The position numbers were made by a program, and so were the translations under genes. A stretch of 19,359 bases of DNA, taken from positions 1 to 19,359 of the forward strand of contig JBMFSH010000042.1 of assembly GCA_049967655.1 (NCBI GenBank), in the 5' to 3' direction. The notes beneath the pieces are model-generated. The model was not told the origin of the DNA. It did not search any database and saw only the letters and a program-made list of their open reading frames with translations. This DNA comes from Acidobacteriota bacterium. GTDB taxonomy: Bacteria; Acidobacteriota; UBA4820; DSQY01. Positions 8,376-16,928 of this stretch are shown here, in pieces. Every line of letters begins with the position of its first letter. Within the stretch, counting starts at the first letter, position 1.

Positions 8376-11300
8376 CTATTCGCCCTCCGGCGGATAGGCG
8401 GGCAGGTGGGGCGGCGGGGCGGGCAGCGTCATGGGCTTGGCCTTGATCTTCTCCATGAGCACCTCCACTGCCTTCTCGAGCTGGGCGTCCTTGCCGGCGA
8501 TCACGTCGCCCGGCATGTCGTCCACCTTGATGTCCGGGTCCACGCCGTGGTTCTCGATGACCCACTGGGAGTGGAGCCCGTAGAGGGCGTCCTCGGGGAT
8601 CGTGACGTAACCGCCGTCGCAGAGCGGCCAGAAGCCGCGGATGCCGCGCACGCCTCCCCAGGTCCGCGTCCCGATGACGGGGCCGAGGCCGTACTTGCGG
8701 AAGTAGTAGGGGAAGATGTCGCCGTCCGAGGCCGAGTAGTGGTTGATGAGGCAGGCCATGTAGCCGTGCAGCACCTGCGTGGGGATGGTGAAGCGCTCGC
8801 CCTCGCGGTTTGTGTCCATGCCGATGAGGATGCGCCGCAGGCGCTCCAAGAGGATCTGGTCGATCTCGCCGCCTCCGTTCCAGCGGTCGTCGATGATGAG
8901 CCCCTCCTTGGGCGTCTGCCAGTAGAACTGGCGGATGAACTCCTTCATCCCCGTCTCGTCCATGTCGGTGAGGTAGAGGTATCCGATCTTGCCGCCCGAG
9001 AGGCGGTCCACTTCGGCGCGGTTGTGGTCGACCCAGTCCTTGAGGCGCAGCTCCAGCTCCTCCGGGATGGGCTTCACCTGGACCTCGCGCCGGTTCTTGC
9101 CCGCGGCGTCGTCGGCCACGGTTAGGGTGACCGTCGTGCCGAGGGTGTTCACGAAGAGGCTATAGGGGTTGGTGGGGGCCCTGAGAGGATGGCCGTTCAC
9201 GGCGAGGAGGTAGTCCCCCGCCTTGACGTTCACGCCGGGCTCGGTGAGAGGCGAGCGGAGCGAGGGCTTGGAGTTGTCGCCGGCGTAGATCTTGGCGAAG
9301 GTGTAGAGGCCCGCGGCCTTGTCGAGTCCGAAGTCCACGCCGAGAAGGCCCGTGGGCACGTAGGGGTTCTTGAAGTCGTCCCCGCCGCCCACGTAGGTGT
9401 GGGAGTTGTGCAGCTCGCCGATCATCTCGCCGATGATGTAGTTCAAATCTTCCCGGCAGGCGAGCAGCGGCAGGTACTTGGCGTACTGCACCCGCACCTT
9501 GTCCCAGTTGACGCCGTTCATCTCGGGATTGACGAAGAAGTCGCGCTCCAGGCGCCACGCCTCGCCGTACATCTCCTTCCACTCCTGGACGGGATCGATG
9601 AAGGCCTTCATGCGCGAGAGATCCAGCTTCACCGGCTTCACCGATTCTCCGCCCTCTCCCTTGGCCAGGGCGGACTCCAGCGTATAGACCTTTTTCTCCT
9701 TCGTGAGCACGGTGGTGCCGTCGGCGCTGAGCGCGTACTCCCCGACGGGGGAGGCGAGGACCTCGTCCTTGCGCTTGGCCATGTCAAACACGTGCAGCGC
9801 CGGCTCCTCTCCCGGCAGGGGCGTGTCGAAACTCTTCAGGGGCACGGTCAGGTAGTAGAGGCGTCCGGCCGCGGCAGCGAGGTCCCGGATGTCGCCCGCC
9901 GGGATGGGCAGGGGCACCACCCGCTGGGCAAGGCCCTGCAGGTCGATCCGGATGGGCGCGATCACCCCCGGCTTCCAGGCGGCCTCCTTCGGCGCCTCGG
10001 CGCTCTTCACGACCCCCTCGTCGGAGCGCGGCGCGAAGGGGGAGGGCTCGCCGGCCTGGAGCGTAGCGACGTAGATGCCGTCCATCTTGAGGGTGGCCAC
10101 GTTGAACTCGCTTTCGCTGAAGACGGGGTTCTCGTGGCGCGCCGAGATGAAGTAGAGGTACTTGCCGTCGGGGCTGAAGAGGGGCTCCATGTCGCTGGTC
10201 TGGCCCGTGCTCACGAGGGTGGACTTGGCCTCCTTCACGTTGTAGAGGTAGATCCGGCCCATGTAGGTGGAGGCGTCGTCATCCGAGCCCATGTCCTGCG
10301 GACCGGCCTTGGTGTAGGCGAGCCAGAGCCCGTCGGGGGACCACGAGAAGTGGTGCATCTCCTCACGGCGGTCCTGGTCCACGCGCGTGACCTGGCGGCT
10401 CGCCACGTCCAGGATCCACAGCACGTGGTCGCTGTCGGAGAAGGCCACCTTGCTCCCGTCGGGCGACCAGTGGGGGCCGTAGAGGTAGCCCTTCGTCCGG
10501 TCGGTGAGGAGCCTCTCCTCGCCCGAGCCGTCGGCCGGCCGCACGGCGATCTCCGCCTCCCCGGTGCGGTCCGTGACGTAGGCGATCCACTTGCCGTCGG
10601 GCGACCAGGCGGGGTACATCTCGCGGGCGCCGGAGGTCTGCGTCAGGTCGCGCGTGTTGCCGTGCTCCTCGGGCACGGTGAAGACCTCGCCGCGGGCGTC
10701 GAAGAGGGCCCGCTTGCCGTTGGGCGCGATGCCGAAGGTCATGATGTCCTTGGAGGCGTCCACCCACCGGGGCCGCGTGCGCACGTCGTCGCTCGGCACC
10801 GTCACGTCTAGCTTGTGGAGCTGCTCGGAGGGGAGGTCCATGACGTAGAGGTCGCCGCCGTCCTGGAAGACGATGCCGTCGTTGCCCAAGCTCGGCCAGT
10901 CGATGTCGTAGTCCGTGAAGTGGGTCACCTGCCGGAAGACCTTGGTCTTCACGTCGTAGGCCCAGAGGTTCAGGCGCCCCTCCGGCCCCCGGTCGGAGGC
11001 GAAGTAGATGGTGTCGCCAAACCACATGGGGAAGGTGTCGGTCCCCTTCCAGTCGGTCACGCGCTCGCAGGAGTGGCTGTGGAGGTCGTAGATCCAGACG
11101 TCCTGCGCCAGGCCGCCGTAGTAACGCTTCCAGGTGCGGAAGTTGCGGAAGATCCGGTTCATGGCCAGCTTCGTGCCGTCCGGGCTGTAGGTGCAGAGCC
11201 CCGCCGTGTCCACGGGCAGGCGCACGGGCAGGCCGCCCTCCAGGGGCACGACGAAGAGGCGCCCGAACCAGGAGTTGAAGGTGTCCCGCCGGGAGAGGAA

Positions 11301-11756
11301 GACGATGCCCTTGCTGTCTGGAGTCCAGGTCACGACCATGTTGTCGGGCCCCCAGCGCATGGGCGCGTCCTCCACCACGTCCGAGTGGAAGGTGAGGCGC
11401 CTGGGCGCGCCGCCCTCGGCCGGGATCACGTAGACGTCCGTATTGCCGTCATACTGGCCCGTGAAGGCGATCCAGCGGCCGTCCGGCGAGAAGCGCGGCA
11501 TGAGGTCGTTGCCCCGGTCGGTGGTGAGCCGCTGGGCCACGCCGCCCTGCCGGCTCACCCTCCAGAGGTTGCCGCCGCTCTCGAAGACGATCTCGTTCCC
11601 GTACAGCGTGGGAAAGCGCGTGAGGGCGTTCTCCGAGGCCCGCGCGGGGCCCGTCCACGCCCATCCCGTCACGGCGATGGCCAGGGCCAGGAGCCAGACG
11701 CGCCCCAGGCCTCCCGGCCGCTTCGAACCTCGTCTCCCGATGAAGCGCCTGTGCAT
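8376..11756 (-). CDS. Tricorn protease homolog (S41 family) with signal peptide, beta-propellers and PDZ domain
   Basis: Signal peptide ending PARA; many WSPDG/FSPDG (PD40) repeats; WKRYYGG; GELHNSHTY; GDYLLAVNG (PDZ); DDRWNGGG; SASDGD catalytic Ser; GTRTWGG; ENHGVDPD; DAQLEKAV. RBS AAGGAG. Confidence 0.96.
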   Translation of the reverse strand: MHRRFIGRRGSKRPGGLGRVWLLALAIAVTGWAWTGPARASENALTRFPTLYGNEIVFESGGNLWRVSRQGGVAQRLTTDRGNDLMPRFSPDGRWIAFTGQYDGNTDVYVIPAEGGAPRRLTFHSDVVEDAPMRWGPDNMVVTWTPDSKGIVFLSRRDTFNSWFGRLFVVPLEGGLPVRLPVDTAGLCTYSPDGTKLAMNRIFRNFRTWKRYYGGLAQDVWIYDLHSHSCERVTDWKGTDTFPMWFGDTIYFASDRGPEGRLNLWAYDVKTKVFRQVTHFTDYDIDWPSLGNDGIVFQDGGDLYVMDLPSEQLHKLDVTVPSDDVRTRPRWVDASKDIMTFGIAPNGKRALFDARGEVFTVPEEHGNTRDLTQTSGAREMYPAWSPDGKWIAYVTDRTGEAEIAVRPADGSGEERLLTDRTKGYLYGPHWSPDGSKVAFSDSDHVLWILDVASRQVTRVDQDRREEMHHFSWSPDGLWLAYTKAGPQDMGSDDDASTYMGRIYLYNVKEAKSTLVSTGQTSDMEPLFSPDGKYLYFISARHENPVFSESEFNVATLKMDGIYVATLQAGEPSPFAPRSDEGVVKSAEAPKEAAWKPGVIAPIRIDLQGLAQRVVPLPIPAGDIRDLAAAAGRLYYLTVPLKSFDTPLPGEEPALHVFDMAKRKDEVLASPVGEYALSADGTTVLTKEKKVYTLESALAKGEGGESVKPVKLDLSRMKAFIDPVQEWKEMYGEAWRLERDFFVNPEMNGVNWDKVRVQYAKYLPLLACREDLNYIIGEMIGELHNSHTYVGGGDDFKNPYVPTGLLGVDFGLDKAAGLYTFAKIYAGDNSKPSLRSPLTEPGVNVKAGDYLLAVNGHPLRAPTNPYSLFVNTLGTTVTLTVADDAAGKNRREVQVKPIPEELELRLKDWVDHNRAEVDRLSGGKIGYLYLTDMDETGMKEFIRQFYWQTPKEGLIIDDRWNGGGEIDQILLERLRRILIGMDTNREGERFTIPTQVLHGYMACLINHYSASDGDIFPYYFRKYGLGPVIGTRTWGGVRGIRGFWPLCDGGYVTIPEDALYGLHSQWVIENHGVDPDIKVDDMPGDVIAGKDAQLEKAVEVLMEKIKAKPMTLPAPPPHLPAYPPEGE

Positions 11757-11865
11757 GATGAGCTCCTTTCCGTAACCGTGGGGTGAGCGGCCGGATCGAA
11801 CTCTCCGGCCGCGGGCGGCGGCCGGCCGGTGCCGCCGGCCTCATCCACCGCCTCCGCGAGAGGCC

Positions 11866-11893
11866 ATTATAGGCGCAGGAGCGGGATTGAGAA
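11866..11893 (-). promoter_or_regulatory. Putative sigma70 promoter of the tricorn gene
   Basis: Perfect TATAAT at 11871-11866; TTCTCA 16 nt upstream. Confidence 0.55.
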
Positions 11894-11917
11894 AGGAGAG
11901 CGGAAGCGCCGTGGGGG

Positions 11918-11989
11918 GAGGAAGTTAGGAAGTTAGGAAGTGAGGAAGTGAAGAGGTGAGGAAGTGAGGAGGTGAGGAAGTGAGGAAGG
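11918..11989. repeat. Octamer tandem repeat (G/T)AGGAAGT x9
   Basis: Nine in-phase purine-rich 8-mers with a few substitutions. Confidence 0.92.
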
Positions 11990-11992
11990 CGA

Positions 11993-12020
11993 TCCACCTT
12001 CCACCCTCCACTCTCCACCG
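11993..12020. repeat. Heptamer tandem repeat TCCACNN x4
   Basis: TCCACCT TCCACCC TCCACTC TCCACCG, directly after the octamer array. Confidence 0.75.
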
Positions 12021-12138
12021 CCCCGGGGCGTCGCGCGGGGCGCTCCCCAAGGAGGGCCTCAGCCGGCCCTCCTCGGCGCTCCCCCGGCTGGCGCCGGGCT
12101 CGCTGCTTCTCCCTGCCCTCACGCAGGATGCCCTTCGC

Positions 12139-12164
12139 GCGGGGGAACCTCCCCGTTCCCCCGC
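12139..12164 (-). terminator. Hairpin downstream of fumC
   Basis: Perfect 10-bp stem GCGGGGGAAC / GTTCCCCCGC with 6-nt loop; no U-tract, so could be a REP-like element. Confidence 0.45.
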
Positions 12165-12201
12165 ACCCCCTCGACACGCCGCGGCCTCGTGAAGTCCGTC
12201 C

Positions 12202-13590
12202 TCACCGGCCCGTCATCTTCCTCGCGTCCAGGAGCTCGTCCAATTTCTCTTGGGGAAGTATGCCCTTCTCCATGCACAGCTCGCGGATGGTCCGTCCGCT
12301 CTCGTACGCCTCGTGGGCCAAAGCGGCCGCGGCGTCGTAGCCGATGACGGGGTTGAGGGCGGTGACCATGGCCAGGCTCTTCTCGACCATCTCGCCGCAC
12401 CGCTTGACGTCCGCCTGGAGGCCCGCCACGCACTTGTCCGTGAAGGCGGCGCAGGCGTTGGCGAGGATCTCCACGGACTGGAGGAAGGCGTGGGCCATGA
12501 GGGGCATCATGGTGTTGAGCTCGAAGTGGCCCGCCTGGCCGCAGAGGGTGACGATCAGGTCGTTGCCCGTGACCTGGGCGCAGACCATGACCATCATCTC
12601 CGACATGACCGGGTTCACCTTGCCGGGCATGATGGAGGAGCCGGGCTGGAGGTCCGGGAGCTTGATCTCGCCGATGCCGCAGCGGGGCCCCGAGCCCAGC
12701 CAGCGGACGTCCTCGGCGATCTTGTTTAGGCTGACGGCCACGGTGCGCAGGGCGCCGCTGGCCTCCACGAGGCCGTCCTTGGCCGCCAGCGCCTCGAAGA
12801 GGTTGGGCGCCTGCCGGAGGGGAAGGCCCGTCTCCTCGGCGAGCCTGGCGATCACCGCCTCGGAGAAGCCCGGCACGGCGTTCAGCCCGGTCCCCACGGC
12901 CGTGCCTCCCAGGGCCAGCTCGCAGAGGGCGGGCACTGCGGACTGAAGCCGCCTCACGCCGTTGCGCGCCTGCTGGGCATACCCCGAGAACTCCTGCCCC
13001 AGCCGCACGGGGACGGCGTCCTGGAGGTGCGTCCTGCCTATCTTGACGATGGCGTCGAAGGCCCTGGCCTTCTCCTCCAGCGCCTCGGCCAGCCGCCGCA
13101 GGGCCGGGATGAGCTCCTCGGTAACCGCCTCGGCGGCGGCCATGTGGATCACCGTGGGCACCACGTCGTTGCTCGACTGGCCCTTGTTCACATGGTCGTT
13201 GGGGTGCACGGGCTTCTTGGAGCCCACCACCCCACCCGCGATCTGGATGGCCCGGTTGGCGATGACCTCGTTGGCGTTCATGTTCGACGAGGTCCCCGAG
13301 CCCGTCTGGAAAATGTCCACGGGGAACTGCCCGTCGTGCCGCCCCTCCACCACCTCCGCGGAGGCCAGGATGATGGCGTCGGCCACCTCGGGCGAGAGCG
13401 TGCCGCGCTCCCGGTTCAGCGCGGCGCAGGCCCGCTTCACGCGGCCGAAGGCCCGGATGACGCGCCGGGGCATGCGAAGGCCGCTGATGGGGAAATTCTC
13501 CACCGCCCGCTGCGTCTGGGCTCCCCAGAGGGCCGCGGTTGGCACCCTCACCTCGCCCAGGCTGTCGGTCTCGATTCGAAAGTCGCTCAT
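12202..13590 (-). CDS. fumC: Class II fumarate hydratase
   Basis: MSDFRIETDSLGEVRVP, WGAQTQRA, QTGSGTSSNMNANEVI, HPNDHVNKGQSSND, KIGRTHLQDAVP, GSSIMPGKVNP. Start ATG 13590 after GGAGGA, overlapping the SDR stop (ATGA). Confidence 0.96.
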   Translation of the reverse strand: MSDFRIETDSLGEVRVPTAALWGAQTQRAVENFPISGLRMPRRVIRAFGRVKRACAALNRERGTLSPEVADAIILASAEVVEGRHDGQFPVDIFQTGSGTSSNMNANEVIANRAIQIAGGVVGSKKPVHPNDHVNKGQSSNDVVPTVIHMAAAEAVTEELIPALRRLAEALEEKARAFDAIVKIGRTHLQDAVPVRLGQEFSGYAQQARNGVRRLQSAVPALCELALGGTAVGTGLNAVPGFSEAVIARLAEETGLPLRQAPNLFEALAAKDGLVEASGALRTVAVSLNKIAEDVRWLGSGPRCGIGEIKLPDLQPGSSIMPGKVNPVMSEMMVMVCAQVTGNDLIVTLCGQAGHFELNTMMPLMAHAFLQSVEILANACAAFTDKCVAGLQADVKRCGEMVEKSLAMVTALNPVIGYDAAAALAHEAYESGRTIRELCMEKGILPQEKLDELLDARKMTGR

Positions 13591-14426
13591 GGTTTCCTCC
13601 AGGCGTTCCACCCGAAGCGGCGAGCCAGCTCGCGGATGAACACCTCCTCATCGGCAACAAATCGTCCCCTGGACCATTCCACGGCGTCGGCCCCGACGGG
13701 CACCCTGAGGCGCGGCTCGCGCCCTTCGGCCGCCCGCAGGACGGCCTCCGCCACGGCCTCGCCGGTGGGCGGCTCGGGGCCGCCGAAGAAGCCCGCGGCG
13801 AGGCTTCGATAGAGCGGAGCGTAAGGGCCGTCGGGCTCCTTCACCCCGGCGGCCACCTCCATCGAGCGCTCGTGGAAGCCGGTCCTGAAGGCTCCCGGCT
13901 CGATGATCGTCACGCCGATGCCGAAGGGAGCGACCTCGTGGAAGAGGCTCTCCGCCCAGCCCTCCAGGGCGTGCTTGGTGGCGCAGTAGGCCGAGAGGCC
14001 CGGCGCGCCCGTCCGGCCGAGGTCCGAGGAGACGAAGACGAGTCGGCCGCCGCCGCGCGCCCGCATGGCCGGCAGCACGGCCCGCGTCAGCTCGACGGCG
14101 CCGAAGAAGTTGGTCTCGAACTGCCGGCGAAGCGCCTCCGGCGTCACCTCCTCGGCCGCCCCTAGAAGGCCTATCCCGGCGTTGTTTACCACGGCCTCGG
14201 GCGCGCCGAAGCGCTCTTCCATCGCCTGGAGCCCCTCCCGCACCGAGGCCCGATCGGAGACGTCCATGCGCAGCGGCAGCCACCGCTCGCGCGCCTCGTC
14301 GTCCCGCGCGGGCGCCTCGGGGTGGCGAGAGGCGGCGGCCACGGCCCATCCCCGGCTCAGGGCCAGGCGGGCCGTGAGCAGCCCGAAGCCGCTGAATGCC
14401 CCGGTGATCAGGATGGTCTTGGACAT
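13587..14426 (-). CDS. Classical short-chain dehydrogenase/reductase
   Basis: TGAFSGFG, NNAG, YCATK, IEPGAFRT. Confidence 0.93.
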   Translation of the reverse strand: MSKTILITGAFSGFGLLTARLALSRGWAVAAASRHPEAPARDDEARERWLPLRMDVSDRASVREGLQAMEERFGAPEAVVNNAGIGLLGAAEEVTPEALRRQFETNFFGAVELTRAVLPAMRARGGGRLVFVSSDLGRTGAPGLSAYCATKHALEGWAESLFHEVAPFGIGVTIIEPGAFRTGFHERSMEVAAGVKEPDGPYAPLYRSLAAGFFGGPEPPTGEAVAEAVLRAAEGREPRLRVPVGADAVEWSRGRFVADEEVFIRELARRFGWNAWRKP

Positions 14427-14441
14427 GGATCGCTCCCCGCC

Positions 14442-14765
14442 TCAGGACAGCTTGTCGAGGAAGCCGTCCACCAGGCGCGCGAAGGTCTCCGGATCGTCCA
14501 GCATGATCCAGTGGCTCAGCCCCGGCATGCGGGCGACGGGCAGGCCCTTCACCAGGTTCTGGAGGCTCCAGGCCGCCTCGTTGTCATCGGTGATGACGTC
14601 CAGCACCGGGCCCGGGTAGCGCTCCAGCTCGCGGGCCGTGGGGTAGTCGCAGAGGGAGTGGACGCACAGGGAGACGGCCTCGGGAGAGGAGGCCAGGAAG
14701 GCCTGCCGCGCGAAGCTCGCCCGCACCCGCGCCTCGAAGTCGGGATCCTTCGGTTGGTAGGTCAC
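14442..14765 (-). pseudogene. Chimeric remnant: PaaI-thioesterase-like N-terminus fused to alpha/beta-hydrolase C-terminus
   Basis: MTYQPKDPDFEARVRASFARQAF resembles PaaI-family N-termini; PGPVL...MPGLSHWIMLDDPETFARLVDGFL is a typical hydrolase His-containing end; both catalytic cores are absent. GTG start with GAAAGGAGG RBS. Confidence 0.65.
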
Positions 14766-14811
14766 TGGCGCCTCCTTTCACCCGCAGCACATCCCACCGG
14801 ACATGGCCACT

Positions 14812-14817
14812 ACTATA
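14812..14817 (-). promoter_or_regulatory. -10 element (TATAGT) for the chimera-SDR-fumC unit
   Basis: TATAGT about 46 nt upstream of the GTG start. Confidence 0.4.
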
Positions 14818-14912
14818 GCTGAGCGGCGCGCAGGGAAGTAGGTGGCGGATGGGCGATGGAGGCATGGCCCGTCTCCCATGCCTGTCTCCTAAAAACCGCT
14901 TGGCCGGCTCCG

Positions 14913-14941
14913 TTGACGGGAGGTTGAAGGTGCCCTATGTT
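14913..14941 (+). promoter_or_regulatory. sigma70 promoter of hicB
   Basis: TTGACG-N17-TATGTT, then AGGAGG and ATG 14959. Confidence 0.7.
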
Positions 14942-14958
14942 GGCCGCAGGAGGTTTCG

Positions 14959-15162
14959 ATGAAGCTCAAGGTGGTGGTCCACGAGGCCGAAGAGGGGGGG
15001 TACTGGGCGGAAGTGCCGGCGATCCCCGGGTGCGCGACGCAGGGGGAGGACTTCGAAACCCTGCTCGTAAACCTATATGAGGCCGTGGAGGGGTGTCTCT
15101 CCGTGGACGTTGAGCCCACCAGGGACGGCAAGCCGGGCCGCGTTCTCGAGATCGCTGTATGA
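14959..15162 (+). CDS. hicB: HicB-family antitoxin (short form, no DNA-binding domain)
   Basis: EAEEGGYWAEVPAIPGCATQGE...NLYEAVEGCL; 67 aa. Confidence 0.93.
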   Translation: MKLKVVVHEAEEGGYWAEVPAIPGCATQGEDFETLLVNLYEAVEGCLSVDVEPTRDGKPGRVLEIAV

Positions 15163-15233
15163 AGCCCTTGACGGGCAAAGAACTCACCCACGTCCTCGAG
15201 GAAAACGGCTGGAAACTCCTTCGCCCAAGTTGA
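15159..15233 (+). pseudogene. hicA: Truncated HicA toxin (24 aa)
   Basis: ATGA-coupled to hicB; MKPLTGKELTHVLEENGWKLLRPS-stop matches a HicA N-terminus but ends before the GSH motif. Confidence 0.8.
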
Positions 15234-15255
15234 AAAGCCAAGCGGAGGCTAGGAC

Positions 15256-15921
15256 ATGCGGGTGCTCAAACAGCTCTTCGAGAACAACCGGGCCTGGGCC
15301 GAGGAGGTCTCCTCGCGCGATCCCGACTTCTTCAGAAGGCTCTCCCTCCAGCAGGCCCCCGAGTACCTGTGGATCGGCTGCTCCGACAGCCGCGTCCCCG
15401 CCAACCAGGTGGTGGGGCTCATGCCCGGCGAGCTCTTCGTCCACCGCAACGTGGCCAACGTGGTGGTCCACACGGACCTGAACTGCCTCTCGGTGGTCCA
15501 GTTCGCCGTGGACGTGCTGAAGGTCCGCCACCTCATCGTCTGCGGCCACTACGGCTGCGGGGGCGTGCGGGCGGCCATGAGGGACGACCGTCACGGCCTC
15601 ATCGACAACTGGCTCCGCCACGTCCAGGACGTGCAGCGCAAGCACCGGCCCCTCCTGGATTCCGTCTCCGACGAGAAATCCCGCACCGACCGGCTCTGCG
15701 AGCTGAATGTCATCGAGCAGGCGGCCAACCTCTGCGAGACCACCGTCGTGCAGGACGCCTGGGCCAGGGAGCAGCCCCTCTCGGTCCACGGCTGGATCTA
15801 CGGCCTGGAGGACGGCCTCCTGCGGGATCTCGGCCTCTGCGTCACCCGGGCCGGCGAGCTCGCCGAAGCCTACCGCGCCGCCCTCGCAGCGCTCCCCCTC
15901 CGGAGCCCCACGACCCGGTGA
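15256..15921 (+). CDS. can: Beta-class carbonic anhydrase
   Basis: WIGCSDSRVP, GELFVHRNVAN, CGHYGCGGV, RLCELNVIEQ, VHGWIYG; RBS GGAGG. Confidence 0.96.
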   Translation: MRVLKQLFENNRAWAEEVSSRDPDFFRRLSLQQAPEYLWIGCSDSRVPANQVVGLMPGELFVHRNVANVVVHTDLNCLSVVQFAVDVLKVRHLIVCGHYGCGGVRAAMRDDRHGLIDNWLRHVQDVQRKHRPLLDSVSDEKSRTDRLCELNVIEQAANLCETTVVQDAWAREQPLSVHGWIYGLEDGLLRDLGLCVTRAGELAEAYRAALAALPLRSPTTR

Positions 15922-16928
15922 GAAGGCGTTTTCGCGGACCGCTCAGCTGCGAACGGGCTGGAGCCGCGGCTGCCCGCGCTCACGGCTTGCCGGGGGGGTT
16001 GAAGGCGAGCACGGACTCGGGGACCGCGGGATTCAGTTCCCGCGGCCTTCTCCGGAGCGCTCGCGCAGTCGGCGCAGGCGAGGCCGAAGAGCGGCAGCTT
16101 CACCGCCGCCTCCTTGCGGACAAGCGCCGCGAAGGCGGGATCGGCGAGGAGCCTCTTGGCCTCCTGTTCCTGAAGGAAGGCCAGCTTCGCCGCGTCGTCC
16201 TTGAGGGCCGCGTACTCCTTCTCCTGCATGAGTTTGCCCGCCGTGGCTTCGCCCAGCTCCATGGCATCGCCGTTCTTGTAAACGCAGGCGAAGGCGGCCT
16301 CCGTCAGCAGGGGATCGGGATGGGCGATTCGAGACATGCCATTCATCCCGACGCACACGTAGAAGTCGCACGCATTGCCCGGCATGAGCCTGGCCGGCCA
16401 GAGGAAGGCCGCCGCGTACGGCAGAAGCTGCCCCACCGTCACCCGCTCCGGGGCGGGGGCCACGTGCGGCCCGGGGCAGTCGGGGCAGTGCAGCCCGGCC
16501 TTCGCCAGGATCTGCTCCACCTTCGGCATCAGCGCCCTCCGCATCGTCGGGTCGGAGAGCAGCAGCCCTCGGTAGGCGGCGAGCAGTTTCGCCTCCCGCT
16601 CCTCGCCCTGCGGCGTCTCTTGCAGTGCCCGCGCGAAGAGCCGGTTGGTGCGGTAGAGGTAGCTCGCCAGGGTCTCCCGCATCGTCGCCGCCAGCTCCTT
16701 CTGCGCCTCGCTGAACGAGGGCGGCGAGGGGCACGCCTTCGGGTTGGGCACGAAGTAGCTCTTCCCGGCATACTCCGTCTTGAGCAGGCACACCCCGCTC
16801 TCCAGCGCCGGCTTCACGACCTGCTCGTAGCTGACCGCGCCCGTCGCCGCCTTCGGCCCCGCCGCTGCCGCCGCCACGCCCACCGCCACCATCAGACACG
16901 CACCCGACACCTTCAGCCACCTCGTCAT
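15870..16928 (-). CDS. Secreted Cys-rich hypothetical protein with duplicated LLxDP...GLxCxDC motif
   Basis: ATG 16928 after AAGGAGG; signal peptide MTRWLKVSGACLMVAVGVAAAAA; high GC3. The 3' end is uncertain because it overlaps can by 52 nt. Confidence 0.75.
   Translation of the reverse strand: MTRWLKVSGACLMVAVGVAAAAAGPKAATGAVSYEQVVKPALESGVCLLKTEYAGKSYFVPNPKACPSPPSFSEAQKELAATMRETLASYLYRTNRLFARALQETPQGEEREAKLLAAYRGLLLSDPTMRRALMPKVEQILAKAGLHCPDCPGPHVAPAPERVTVGQLLPYAAAFLWPARLMPGNACDFYVCVGMNGMSRIAHPDPLLTEAAFACVYKNGDAMELGEATAGKLMQEKEYAALKDDAAKLAFLQEQEAKRLLADPAFAALVRKEAAVKLPLFGLACADCASAPEKAAGTESRGPRVRARLQPPRQAVSAGSRGSSPFAAERSAKTPSHRVVGLRRGSAARAAR
16024..16045. terminator. Hairpin in the can / Cys-rich gene convergence zone
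   Basis: CCGCGGGA-TTCAGT-TCCCGCGG, perfect 8-bp stem. Confidence 0.35.

Noticed and set aside
11640..11756. Tat signal on tricorn
   Set aside because: RR pairs are present but do not fit S/T-R-R-x-F-L; export route left unassigned.
6326..11786. Long plus-strand ORFs (706, 360, 318, 540, 323 aa)
   Set aside because: Antisense shadows of the OPT and tricorn genes caused by high GC3.
16065..16487. c-type cytochrome
   Set aside because: The CxxC motifs are followed by P and A, not His.
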